From: a virus | Taxonomy: Duplodnaviria > Caudoviricetes | Length of the DNA stretch: 32,724 nucleotides | Virus record (IMG/VR): IMGVR_UViG_3300049141_000053 | Coordinates: 1 to 32,724 of that record | Reading direction: 5' to 3' (one strand) | Shown: piece by piece, positions 26,584 to 32,724 of the stretch | How the letters are laid out: each line of letters starts with the position of its first letter | Numbering within the stretch: position 1 is the stretch's first letter | Position numbers and translations under genes: made by a program | Notes under the pieces: generated by a model | What the model saw: only the letters and a program-made list of their open reading frames with translations | What the model was told of the DNA's origin: nothing | Databases searched by the model: none

Positions 26584-27030
26584 GTGCCCTGCCGGGCGGC
26601 CCGGCGGCTACAGGCCAGGCTGGGCCGCCGCGGCACCTTCCTCGCAATCCTCGGCACCGGCAAGACCTGCTGGGGTATCGGCATGATCGTTGCCCCGCAG
26701 CCCGCCCCCCAGGGCCTGCGGCTACTCCTCAGCATGTGCCCCCTCAGCTCTTGGGCCTGGCTGTGGATCACCTGCGGGCTCATCACCCTGTCGTCCGCGT
26801 TCCTCCGTGTCGGACGCGACTGGGCCGGCTTCGTCGCCGCCCTCATTCCCCCCACCGTGTGGGCAATCTCCTACACCTCCGCTGTCGTCACCGGCGAGTT
26901 CACCCGAGGCGGGTTCCTCGCCGTCTGGTACCTCACCTCCCACGTGGGGGTCATCATGTGGGCGGCCACGGTGCCCGAGCATTCGGTCCCCCACGCGCCG
27001 CGGTCTGCCCGGAAAGGCAGGCCCGGGTGA
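26584..27030 (+). CDS. Multi-pass membrane protein of the lysis cassette (about 4 TM)
   Basis: Four hydrophobic segments; begins immediately after the holin stop. Confidence 0.75.
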   Translation: MPCRAARRLQARLGRRGTFLAILGTGKTCWGIGMIVAPQPAPQGLRLLLSMCPLSSWAWLWITCGLITLSSAFLRVGRDWAGFVAALIPPTVWAISYTSAVVTGEFTRGGFLAVWYLTSHVGVIMWAATVPEHSVPHAPRSARKGRPG

Positions 27031-27386
27031 GCATCTGGGCGGGGATCGTGACCGCGTTCGGCACGGTCGGGATGGTGGTGGCCGGGCTTTTCGCGGCCCG
27101 CGCCACCAGACAGGCCGCCGCCGCGACGGCGGAGGCAACCCGAGCGGCAGCGCAGGCGCAGGCCGAGCCGTCTCAACGGGAGCAGGACCGGGCCGCGTTC
27201 GAGGCGATCAAGACGGAGCTGAAAGAGGATCTCGCGGAGACGAAGCAGGAGATCGTGCGGGTGCGCGGGGTTCTCTACTCGGTGTCCCGATGGGCGCTCC
27301 AACTGAGGGACCAGGTGCTGGAGCTGGGAGGCACCCCACGGCAGACGCCGGACGACGTCGAGGAGTACTACCGAACTGGAGTGTGA
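27027..27386 (+). CDS. N-terminal TM plus coiled-coil lysis accessory protein (119 aa)
   Basis: GTGA overlap; MSIWAGIVTAFGTVGMVVAGLF followed by a heptad-rich segment. Confidence 0.75.
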   Translation: MSIWAGIVTAFGTVGMVVAGLFAARATRQAAAATAEATRAAAQAQAEPSQREQDRAAFEAIKTELKEDLAETKQEIVRVRGVLYSVSRWALQLRDQVLELGGTPRQTPDDVEEYYRTGV

Positions 27387-27388
27387 CC

Positions 27389-27544
27389 ATGCCCGAAGCC
27401 GTCCCCATGCCGCCGCGCTATGACGACACCGCGGCTGACATGCGGTCCCTCGTCCAGCTCGGGCGGGAGGAACCGCCGCCCGTGCCCGCGCCGTCGACCC
27501 AGCCGTTCCTGGAGCCCGACTGGCCGGCGGCCGACGAGGACTGA
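27389..27544 (+). CDS. Small acidic Pro-rich hypothetical protein (51 aa)
   Basis: GGAG RBS; MPEAVPMPPRYDDTAADMRSL...; ends just before the terminator. Confidence 0.55.
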   Translation: MPEAVPMPPRYDDTAADMRSLVQLGREEPPPVPAPSTQPFLEPDWPAADED

Positions 27545-27552
27545 CAAACAAA

Positions 27553-27590
27553 CGCCCCCGCTCCTCTGCTTCGGCAGGGGAGCGGGGGCG
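27553..27590. terminator. Bidirectional intrinsic terminator ending the late operon
   Basis: 17-bp stem CGCCCCCGCTCCTCTGC-TTCG-GCAGGGGAGCGGGGGCG with a cUUCGg loop, between convergent genes, with an A-tract on the left. Confidence 0.9.
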
Positions 27591-27600
27591 CTTCGTCGTG

Positions 27601-28221
27601 TCAGGACGCCAGTTGCTCCTTCACCTCGGCCACACTCGGGCCGGTGTCCTCAGAGGGCATCTCCCAGCGGTGCGCCTTCTCCTCGCCGTCGATGTAAATC
27701 AGCGTGCCGCCCTTCGCCTGCTCGGGTGTCAGGTCGAACACCTGGGCCCGCCACTGGAATCCGCCAGGCTGGACGGGATCGGCGCTGCTGTACTTGTCCA
27801 TCGTCACCATCGACGAGTTGCCGCTGTCGAAGCCGATCATCTCTCCGTCCGGGGCCATCCACTTCCAGCCCCCGCCGCTAATGGGGGCCACCTCATCGGC
27901 CGCGACCGCGGTCACCGCCTTGTCCTTCATCGTGATGACGACGAACGTTCCGTTCGCCGCGGTTTCCCCGGACGCTTCCTTGGTGAAGACCACCGTGTCC
28001 GGGGTGATCTCCAGAACGCCGGTGCCGCCGTCGCCGGTCGTCCGGGACGGCGTCCCGAACTTCAGGCTCTCCTCGACCTGCCCGGCCGTCGGCTCCTCGC
28101 TCGGTGCTGCCTCAGCAGCCACCGACTCTTTCGGCTCGGCCGCGGTGTCACTTCCACCGCCGCATGCGGTGAGAGCGGCGAAAAGCAGCGCGGCCGTGGC
28201 CGCAGTGACGCGTGCGCGCAT
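27601..28221 (-). CDS. Lipoprotein (206 aa), moron-like
   Basis: Signal peptide MRARVTAATAALLFAA, lipobox LTAC, Ser/Ala/Glu/Pro linker and a beta-rich domain. Confidence 0.85.
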   Translation of the reverse strand: MRARVTAATAALLFAALTACGGGSDTAAEPKESVAAEAAPSEEPTAGQVEESLKFGTPSRTTGDGGTGVLEITPDTVVFTKEASGETAANGTFVVITMKDKAVTAVAADEVAPISGGGWKWMAPDGEMIGFDSGNSSMVTMDKYSSADPVQPGGFQWRAQVFDLTPEQAKGGTLIYIDGEEKAHRWEMPSEDTGPSVAEVKEQLAS

Positions 28222-28348
28222 TGGTACCCCCCAAGGTTGAACGTCGGAACACCGTAGGGCGCACGGCGAGCCCGGGGTGGCCGCCGTCACCGAGCCGTGA
28301 CAAAGCAGCGCTGGACGCCGCTGTATGGGGGCCGAGTTGGGCCGTCGG

Positions 28349-28376
28349 GCTCTCGATAACATGCCATATCGCGAGC
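28349..28376. promoter_or_regulatory. lox/res-like inverted repeat (10-bp arms, 8-bp spacer)
   Basis: GCTCTCGATA-ACATGCCA-TATCGCGAGC with one arm mismatch, about 230 bp upstream of a tyrosine-recombinase fragment. Confidence 0.45.
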
Positions 28377-28397
28377 GTCAAAACGGTACAATCAGAC

Positions 28398-28607
28398 ATG
28401 GCCTCAGACTCCCGTGCACGCCTCATCTCCTACCTCTGCCAAGCCGGATTGAGCACCGCACGAGCCAATGCCGTCCTTGACGACTACGCCCACGGACTCG
28501 CCGATAAGATCCGGGACCACGCCCGAACGGTTGCGAAGCCCGGGACGCCCGGATACGCAGGGCTCGTCACGGCAGCCGACCTGATCACACCGGGTGCGGC
28601 GAAGTGA
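28398..28607 (+). CDS. Hypothetical protein (69 aa), probably leaderless
   Basis: TACAAT -10 at 28387-28392, 5 nt before the ATG; no RBS. Confidence 0.65.
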   Translation: MASDSRARLISYLCQAGLSTARANAVLDDYAHGLADKIRDHARTVAKPGTPGYAGLVTAADLITPGAAK

Positions 28608-28816
28608 CCGACCTCGTCTTGCGCCAGCCGGACGCCGCCCCTGCCGTCTACGACGCTGCGACGCTCGCCGTCCTGGCCGCCATGGAAGAGGCAGCCGAGA
28701 AGCACCTCGACGCCATCCGCCCCCACAACACGAAGCGCGGCTACGCCAACGACTGGGCGCTCTGGGAGGAGTTCCACGACTGGCTAGGGGAGCGCACTGG
28801 CAGCCGCCTGCCCTCG
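28604..28816 (+). pseudogene. N-terminal fragment of a Cre-like tyrosine recombinase
   Basis: RPHNTKRGYANDWALWEEFHDWL resembles helix A of the core-binding domain; the frame turns into non-protein-like sequence after RLPS and has no catalytic domain. Confidence 0.6.
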
Positions 28817-29322
28817 GCCGCTCCTCCAAGGTCGCCGTCGCCAAGTACGCGTGGTCCGGGCGGGAGCGGCTCGGCCTGCTCCGGGTCCGCGACGACGTCC
28901 TGGTGCTGCACTCGATGCGCTGGCCGGACGAGATCCGCGATCCCGCCGAGCTGTTGCCTCCGCCGGTCGACGTCGCGGAGGACGAGATCGACGCCGCGCT
29001 CGCCCTCATGGACACCCTGACCGTTGACGAGCTGACAGGCGACGAGTACCGCGACCGGTACACCGACGCCATCGCCGAGATCATCGAAGCGAAGCGGGAA
29101 GACCGCGAGCCGCCGGCCGTGCCCGAGCCGGAGAAGCCCGCCCAGATCGTCGACCTCATGGCCGCGCTCAATGAGTCGGTGCAGAGGGCCAAGGCTGGGC
29201 GGGGCGAGCCGGCCGGTGACGCCGACGTGCACGAGCTGCCGCAGCCAAAGAAGGCGGCGAAGAAGCAGCCCACCAAGAAGACGGCGAAGAAGACCGCGGC
29301 CCGGAAGCCCCGGAGCGCCTAG
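28810..29322 (+). pseudogene. ku: C-terminal half of Ku (NHEJ end-binding protein), 5' part deleted
   Basis: ALGRSSKVAVAKYAWSGRERLGLLR..DDVLVLHSMRWPDEIR...YRDRY...IVDLMAALNESV plus a Lys/Ala tail; the N-terminal Ku core is absent. Confidence 0.88.
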
Positions 29323-29657
29323 CCGTCGAGGAACCCCAGCTCACTGTCCGGCCGACACGCCCCGCACGCCTTCACTCCGTCGGCGAGCGCCCGCAGGGCG
29401 TCGTCCCGGCTGATCCCGCGGGTGCGCTTCCCGGCGTTCCAGCAGTCACCGACGTGCACCTGCACCGGCGGGGAGTCCCGGTTGAGGCCTTGCTCAAGCA
29501 GCCAGTCGGGCGGCGCGGGCCTGTCCTCGATGCCCCGCCGCCGCTCTGCCTCCTGCCGCTCGGCGTCCGCGATCTGCCGCCGCACCCGGTCGAGGGTGTA
29601 GACGAGCCACGTCTCCAGGGTGCGAAGGCGGGGCAGGTCCGGGGGCAGGTCATCCAC
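29319..29657 (-). CDS. DUF6233-domain protein
   Basis: LPPDLPRLRTLETWL...WLLEQG...VHVGDC...ALRALADGVKACGACRPD. Confidence 0.8.
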   Translation of the reverse strand: MDDLPPDLPRLRTLETWLVYTLDRVRRQIADAERQEAERRRGIEDRPAPPDWLLEQGLNRDSPPVQVHVGDCWNAGKRTRGISRDDALRALADGVKACGACRPDSELGFLDG

Positions 29658-29679
29658 GTCTCCCAGCTTGCACCAAAAA

Positions 29680-29695
29680 TCGAACACGTGCTCCC
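29680..29695. promoter_or_regulatory. Degenerate actinobacterial LexA (SOS) box
   Basis: TCGAAC-ACGT-GCTCCC versus consensus TCGAAC-N4-GTTCGA, in the 46-bp gap between divergent DUF6233 and LexA-like genes. Confidence 0.55.
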
Positions 29696-29703
29696 ATCGG
29701 GGT

Positions 29704-29928
29704 ATGGCACGGCACCGCGTCGACTACCTCACCGACACCCAGGAACGCATCCTCCGCTACATCCGCGAGCAGATCACCGAGCGCGGCGAGGCGCCCACCG
29801 TGGCGGAGATCGGCGAGCATGTCGGCATGACGAGCCGGGCCTCCGTCCACTACCAGCTGCGCGAGCTGGAGACGAAGGGCGCGATCCGCCGAGACCGCTA
29901 CCGGGCGCGCGGGATCCGGCTCACATGA
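29704..29928 (+). CDS. LexA DNA-binding-domain-only protein (74 aa)
   Basis: LTDTQERILRYIREQITERGEAPTVAEIGEHVGMTSRASVHYQLRELETKGAIRRD...RGIRL matches the LexA winged helix; no Ala-Gly cleavage site or peptidase domain. Confidence 0.85.
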   Translation: MARHRVDYLTDTQERILRYIREQITERGEAPTVAEIGEHVGMTSRASVHYQLRELETKGAIRRDRYRARGIRLT

Positions 29929-30122
29929 CCGACTCCGACCGCTACCACGTCACCCTGCACCTCGCCGGCCGCCCGACCCTGCACGGCTGGTGGGGGAACG
30001 AGCCGGTCGCCCGCCAGCAGTTCACCAGCCTCGTCGGCCAGTACGGCCAGCCCGGCGCCCACGTCACCCTCATCGACACCGAGACGGGTGACGTCCTCGA
30101 CAGCTGGCCCGGCGGCCGGTGA
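29925..30122 (+). CDS. Small hypothetical protein (65 aa)
   Basis: ATGA overlap; RYHVTL...HGWW....ARQQF...VTLID..TG.VL.SWP. Confidence 0.7.
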   Translation: MTDSDRYHVTLHLAGRPTLHGWWGNEPVARQQFTSLVGQYGQPGAHVTLIDTETGDVLDSWPGGR

Positions 30123-30142
30123 CCGCCTGGCACGCTGACGGC

Positions 30143-30277
30143 ATGGACCACGAGGAAGACCCCGAGCCCTTCGACGACGGGATCGGCGACCCGCACGAGC
30201 TGCCGCCCGAGGACGAGTACCGCCTCTCCCGGCGCCCCGGCGTTGTCAGTGGCCGCCCGTACAGTGGAGACACCTAG
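30143..30277 (+). CDS. Possible small acidic peptide (44 aa, MDHEEDPEPFDDGIGD...)
   Basis: CACGCT -10-like hexamer 6 nt before the ATG (leaderless); high GC3; the 3' end overlaps a promoter motif. Confidence 0.35.
   Translation: MDHEEDPEPFDDGIGDPHELPPEDEYRLSRRPGVVSGRPYSGDT
30243..30265 (+). promoter_or_regulatory. RecA-NDp/PafBC-type DNA-damage promoter motif
   Basis: TTGTCAGTG-N8-TACAGT (TGTCRG-N10-TANNNT), upstream of DUF6221 and the ImmA-like gene. Confidence 0.65.
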
Positions 30278-30358
30278 CATCCCGAGACAAGTCGGGTGTG
30301 CTGCTGCTGGTCCCGCCCCGGCGTGATGCACCGGGGCGGACTGCTGTCGGGAGGGACC

Positions 30359-30778
30359 GTGGACGACCTGGTGCAGTTCCTGCGTGACCGACTGGACGAG
30401 GACGAGCAGATCGCGCGGGCCGCGACCGAGGGGCCTTGGGTCGCTGAGGTCAGCGGCGAGACGGGCCACTGTGTCATCCCGGCTGACGCGCAGAGCACGC
30501 GCGAGTTCGTAGCCAAGACGCAGTTGTACGCTGCCGCGTTCGACGCCGAGCATATTGCTGCACACAATCCGGCGCGGGCGTTGCGCGAGATCGACGCCAA
30601 GCGGCAGATCATCGCCCGGTACGTTGAGCACGAGCGGTTGGACCGGGAAACGTTCGATGCCGAGGGGCAGCACGCTCGGTCGCTCGTGTCGCTGCGCGCG
30701 GCCTACCTGGATGCGGTGCGGGAGCTGGCCGCGGTGTACTCGGACCGGCCCGGCTACCGCGAGGAGTGGCGTCCGTAA
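30359..30778 (+). CDS. DUF6221-family protein
   Basis: GGAGGG RBS; DLVQFLRDRLDEDE...HIAAHNPARALREIDAKRQI...LAAVYSDRPGYREEWRP. Confidence 0.85.
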   Translation: MDDLVQFLRDRLDEDEQIARAATEGPWVAEVSGETGHCVIPADAQSTREFVAKTQLYAAAFDAEHIAAHNPARALREIDAKRQIIARYVEHERLDRETFDAEGQHARSLVSLRAAYLDAVRELAAVYSDRPGYREEWRP

Positions 30779-30799
30779 TCCGCCGGTGAGGAGGTAGGC

Positions 30800-31309
30800 G
30801 TGGCGAGAGCAGATGCGGAGGCGCGGAGCCTAGTCGCCGAGTACGGGCTCACCGTCCCCCCGATCGACCCGGAGCAGGTGGCGGCAGGACTGGGAGCCAT
30901 TGTGGTACGCCAGCCCGGCGCCGCCGAACTGTCCGGCATGCTGCTGCGTCGCGATGGCCAAACCGTGATCGGCGTCAACGCGGACATGGATCCCGCGCGA
31001 CAGCGGTTCTCTCTTGCCCATTTGGTCGGCCACCTCCACCTGCACGCCCGCCGCCCGCTGCTGCTCGACACTGCGGCCCGCTACTCGCACGGCATGCTGG
31101 CGAGCATGCCAACCGACAGGGAGGAAGCGGAGGCCAACCGGTTTGCCGCCGCCCTCGTCGCGCCGGAGGGCGTCGTGCGTTGGATGGCGGCAGAGGCTGA
31201 CGCTCGCACCGCCGAGCAGTTGGTTGACCTACTGACCCCACGCTTCGGGCTCACTAGGACCGCGATGGCCTATCGCCTGATCAGCCTAGGCGTCATCATC
31301 GACGTCTGA
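30800..31309 (+). CDS. ImmA/IrrE (Peptidase_M78/DUF955)-family protein with a degenerate HExxH motif
   Basis: PPIDP...LSGML...IGVN....RQRFSLAHLVGH...EEAEANRFAAALVAP...FGLTRTAMAYRL. Confidence 0.85.
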   Translation: MARADAEARSLVAEYGLTVPPIDPEQVAAGLGAIVVRQPGAAELSGMLLRRDGQTVIGVNADMDPARQRFSLAHLVGHLHLHARRPLLLDTAARYSHGMLASMPTDREEAEANRFAAALVAPEGVVRWMAAEADARTAEQLVDLLTPRFGLTRTAMAYRLISLGVIIDV

Positions 31310-31486
31310 TCACGCCGCGGACGCCATCTCCCCGTGCATCGCGCGCACCCACTCGTCCCGCAGCTGCTCGTACCGGGCCCGGGTCGGCCCCCACAGCCAG
31401 CCGCCCGTCTCCCGCATCAGCGCACGGATCTCCGCCTGCACGACCTCGGCGGGCCGGGCGGCCTCGGGTGGGGGAGAGGGGATCAT
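31310..31486 (-). CDS. Small leaderless helical protein (58 aa), not in the ORF track
   Basis: MIPSPPPEAARPAEVVQAEIRALMRETGGWLWGPTRARYEQLRDEWVRAMHGEMASAA; ATG 6 nt after TAGAAT. Confidence 0.65.
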   Translation of the reverse strand: MIPSPPPEAARPAEVVQAEIRALMRETGGWLWGPTRARYEQLRDEWVRAMHGEMASAA

Positions 31487-31492
31487 GCCGCG

Positions 31493-31514
31493 ATTCTAGG
31501 GCGCGGGTCTGACA
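31493..31514 (-). promoter_or_regulatory. RecA-NDp/PafBC-type DNA-damage promoter motif
   Basis: Minus strand TGTCAG-ACCCGCGCCC-TAGAAT, then 6 nt and an ATG. Confidence 0.65.
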
Positions 31515-31657
31515 GCCCCGCGAGTGAAGCAGGCTGAGCGCAGGCCAGAGACTTGCCGGATCGTCACCGATTCGCACAGGGCGCTCACTCTCTGCGCGGA
31601 TATATGCCGGTGACACTCTTCCGTGAACGCTCAACTTGTTGTTGACTTCGAGTCGAT

Positions 31658-31684
31658 GTGCCCGGTCAGGAAGCGGCCGGGCGC
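31658..31684 (-). terminator. Stem-loop just after the XRE gene
   Basis: GTGCCCGGTC-AGGAAGC-GGCCGGGCGC, 3 nt beyond the stop. Two pairs are G-U on + and become A-C mismatches on the transcribed - strand. Confidence 0.4.
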
Positions 31685-31687
31685 CCG

Positions 31688-31927
31688 TCAGCCGTGAAGG
31701 AGGTCAGTGACGTGGACGCCGAGCACGCGAGCGATCTTCCAGAGAGTGGAGATGCGGGCGTCTGCCGAGCCGGCCTCGATGGCCTGATAGCTGGAGCGAG
31801 AGACTCGGGCGGCCAAGAAAACGGTCTCCTGCGTCATGTTCTGACGCAGCCGCGTGACGCGGATGCGGTCGCCGATGGCGCGGCGCTCCGCCAGGAGCCA
31901 GGCGTCGTCATCGGGCAGGTGGGGCAC
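31688..31927 (-). CDS. XRE-family HTH transcriptional regulator
   Basis: IGDRIRVTRLRQNMTQETVFLAARVSRSSYQAIEAG.ADARISTLWKIARVLGV; start taken as the GTG at 31927. Confidence 0.88.
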   Translation of the reverse strand: MPHLPDDDAWLLAERRAIGDRIRVTRLRQNMTQETVFLAARVSRSSYQAIEAGSADARISTLWKIARVLGVHVTDLLHG

Positions 31928-32171
31928 CCGCCCCACGCTCCGACGAAGATCATCGGAAGTCAGCCCGGTTTACCGGGCATTATGTGATCTTGAAATCGGC
32001 CATCGGGCCTGCGTGCCCGTCAGTGGTCGCAGGGCTACAGGTACGGTGCGGGAATCGCACACACGTTCACACGTTCGGGTGAGAGGCGCCCACCCCGGCG
32101 CATCCCGGCACACAGCGCGGGCACCAGCACCACACCCCCCAGCGCGAGCCGGCCACACCAACAGGAGAGTC

Positions 32172-32411
32172 ATGGACCGCCAGCAGTTGCTCGACCTCTA
32201 CGACTGGGCGCTAGGGACCTGCTTCCGTCATCCCTCCAAGGGACCTGTGCCTACGGCCGTCATCGGAGTCGTGCATCCGCAACCGGAGGGCGAGCGCCAG
32301 GTGCGCGCCTGCGCGGACTGTGTGATCACCCTGGAGGACGTGAGGCGAGAGAGGCTCCGGCGGGCCGGTGGGACCTACGAGCCGGGACGCCTCGCGGATC
32401 CCTTGGGATAG
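32172..32411 (+). CDS. Small putative Zn-binding hypothetical protein (79 aa)
   Basis: AGGAG RBS; CFRHP...CADC. Confidence 0.7.
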   Translation: MDRQQLLDLYDWALGTCFRHPSKGPVPTAVIGVVHPQPEGERQVRACADCVITLEDVRRERLRRAGGTYEPGRLADPLG

Positions 32412-32442
32412 GGCGTCCCGCGCAGGTCAGCGGCTCCTTCCG

Positions 32443-32714
32443 TGGGGAGAATCTGGGGAGTGTGACTCCCTGGGGGGCGTCGGGGGAGCGCCAGAATCCA
32501 AACTCAAGGGCAGTTGCGGGCAGTGAAGGGAAGTGGAAACGGGCACGTCAGCGGCCATGCATGAGCATCAGGCTGACGCGACCAGCCCCCCGGCAGCACC
32601 GGGGAACAGAACCCGGCGTACAGCCCGACTCGTCTGCCGCTCAGGTCACTGACCTGGGGCGACTCCCGCAATCTCCTCGGATGATCTTGCGTTGGGGAGA
32701 ATCTGGGGAGAATC
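32443..32714. repeat. Direct repeats resembling tyrosine-integrase arm-type sites near a prophage att end
   Basis: TGGGGAGAATCTGGGGAG at 32443-32460 and 32693-32710 (tandem 11-mer TGGGGAGAATC); palindrome CAGGTCACTGACCTG at 32642-32656; non-coding. Confidence 0.6.
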
Positions 32715-32724
32715 AGAGGCCGCA

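Larger units (their letters stand above)
1..32724 (+). mobile_element. Siphovirus-type prophage of an actinomycete (late region and accessory arm)
   Basis: Complete HK97-type head, non-contractile tail and lysis gene order, plus accessory genes and att-like repeats. An intact integrase is not in this window. Confidence 0.93.

Noticed and set aside
28604-29020. The prophage integrase
   Set aside because: Only about 70 N-terminal residues are recombinase-like, with no catalytic residues. The real integrase is presumably outside the window.
28594-29322. 242-aa ORF as an intact Ku
   Set aside because: The first ~72 aa are an off-frame reading of the recombinase fragment, and the Ku N-terminal core is missing.
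32018-32070. Third PafBC promoter and second SOS box (TCGCAC-ACAC-GTTCAC)
   Set aside because: Spacing to a TANNNT hexamer does not fit, and the SOS-like match is imperfect in both half-sites. Possible but not supportable.
32443-32714. CRISPR array
   Set aside because: Only two 18-nt copies 250 bp apart, no regular spacers and no cas genes.

Overview
High-GC (Streptomyces-like) temperate siphovirus prophage, read from the end of the early/middle region through the whole late region to what looks like one prophage end. Order on the + strand: small hypothetical and HTH genes (1-1.5 kb); an appendage cassette placed before the packaging genes (tail-fibre-associated protein, LtfC-like collar protein, beta-helix tailspike; 1.6-5.5 kb); HNH, putative cos, TerS, TerL, an Sm/Lsm-fold protein, a portal fused to a MuF-like domain, HK97-type protease and capsid, head fibre, neck, tail tube, a -1 frameshifted tail chaperone, a tape measure with an NlpC/P60-like domain, and tail tip genes (5.8-25.5 kb); amidase/holin lysis cassette and terminator (25.6-27.6 kb). 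An accessory arm (27.6-32.7 kb) follows. It holds a lipoprotein, a deletion scar joining a Cre-like recombinase N-terminus to the C-terminal half of Ku, DUF6233, a LexA DNA-binding-domain-only protein, DUF6221, an ImmA/IrrE-like protein lacking the catalytic Glu, an XRE regulator and att-arm-like repeats. The most interesting signal is this arm. It carries a degenerate SOS box and two convergent matches to the PafBC/RecA-NDp promoter motif, suggesting a phage DNA-damage-response module wired to both actinobacterial damage pathways. All family assignments come from motif recognition by eye; no searches were run.
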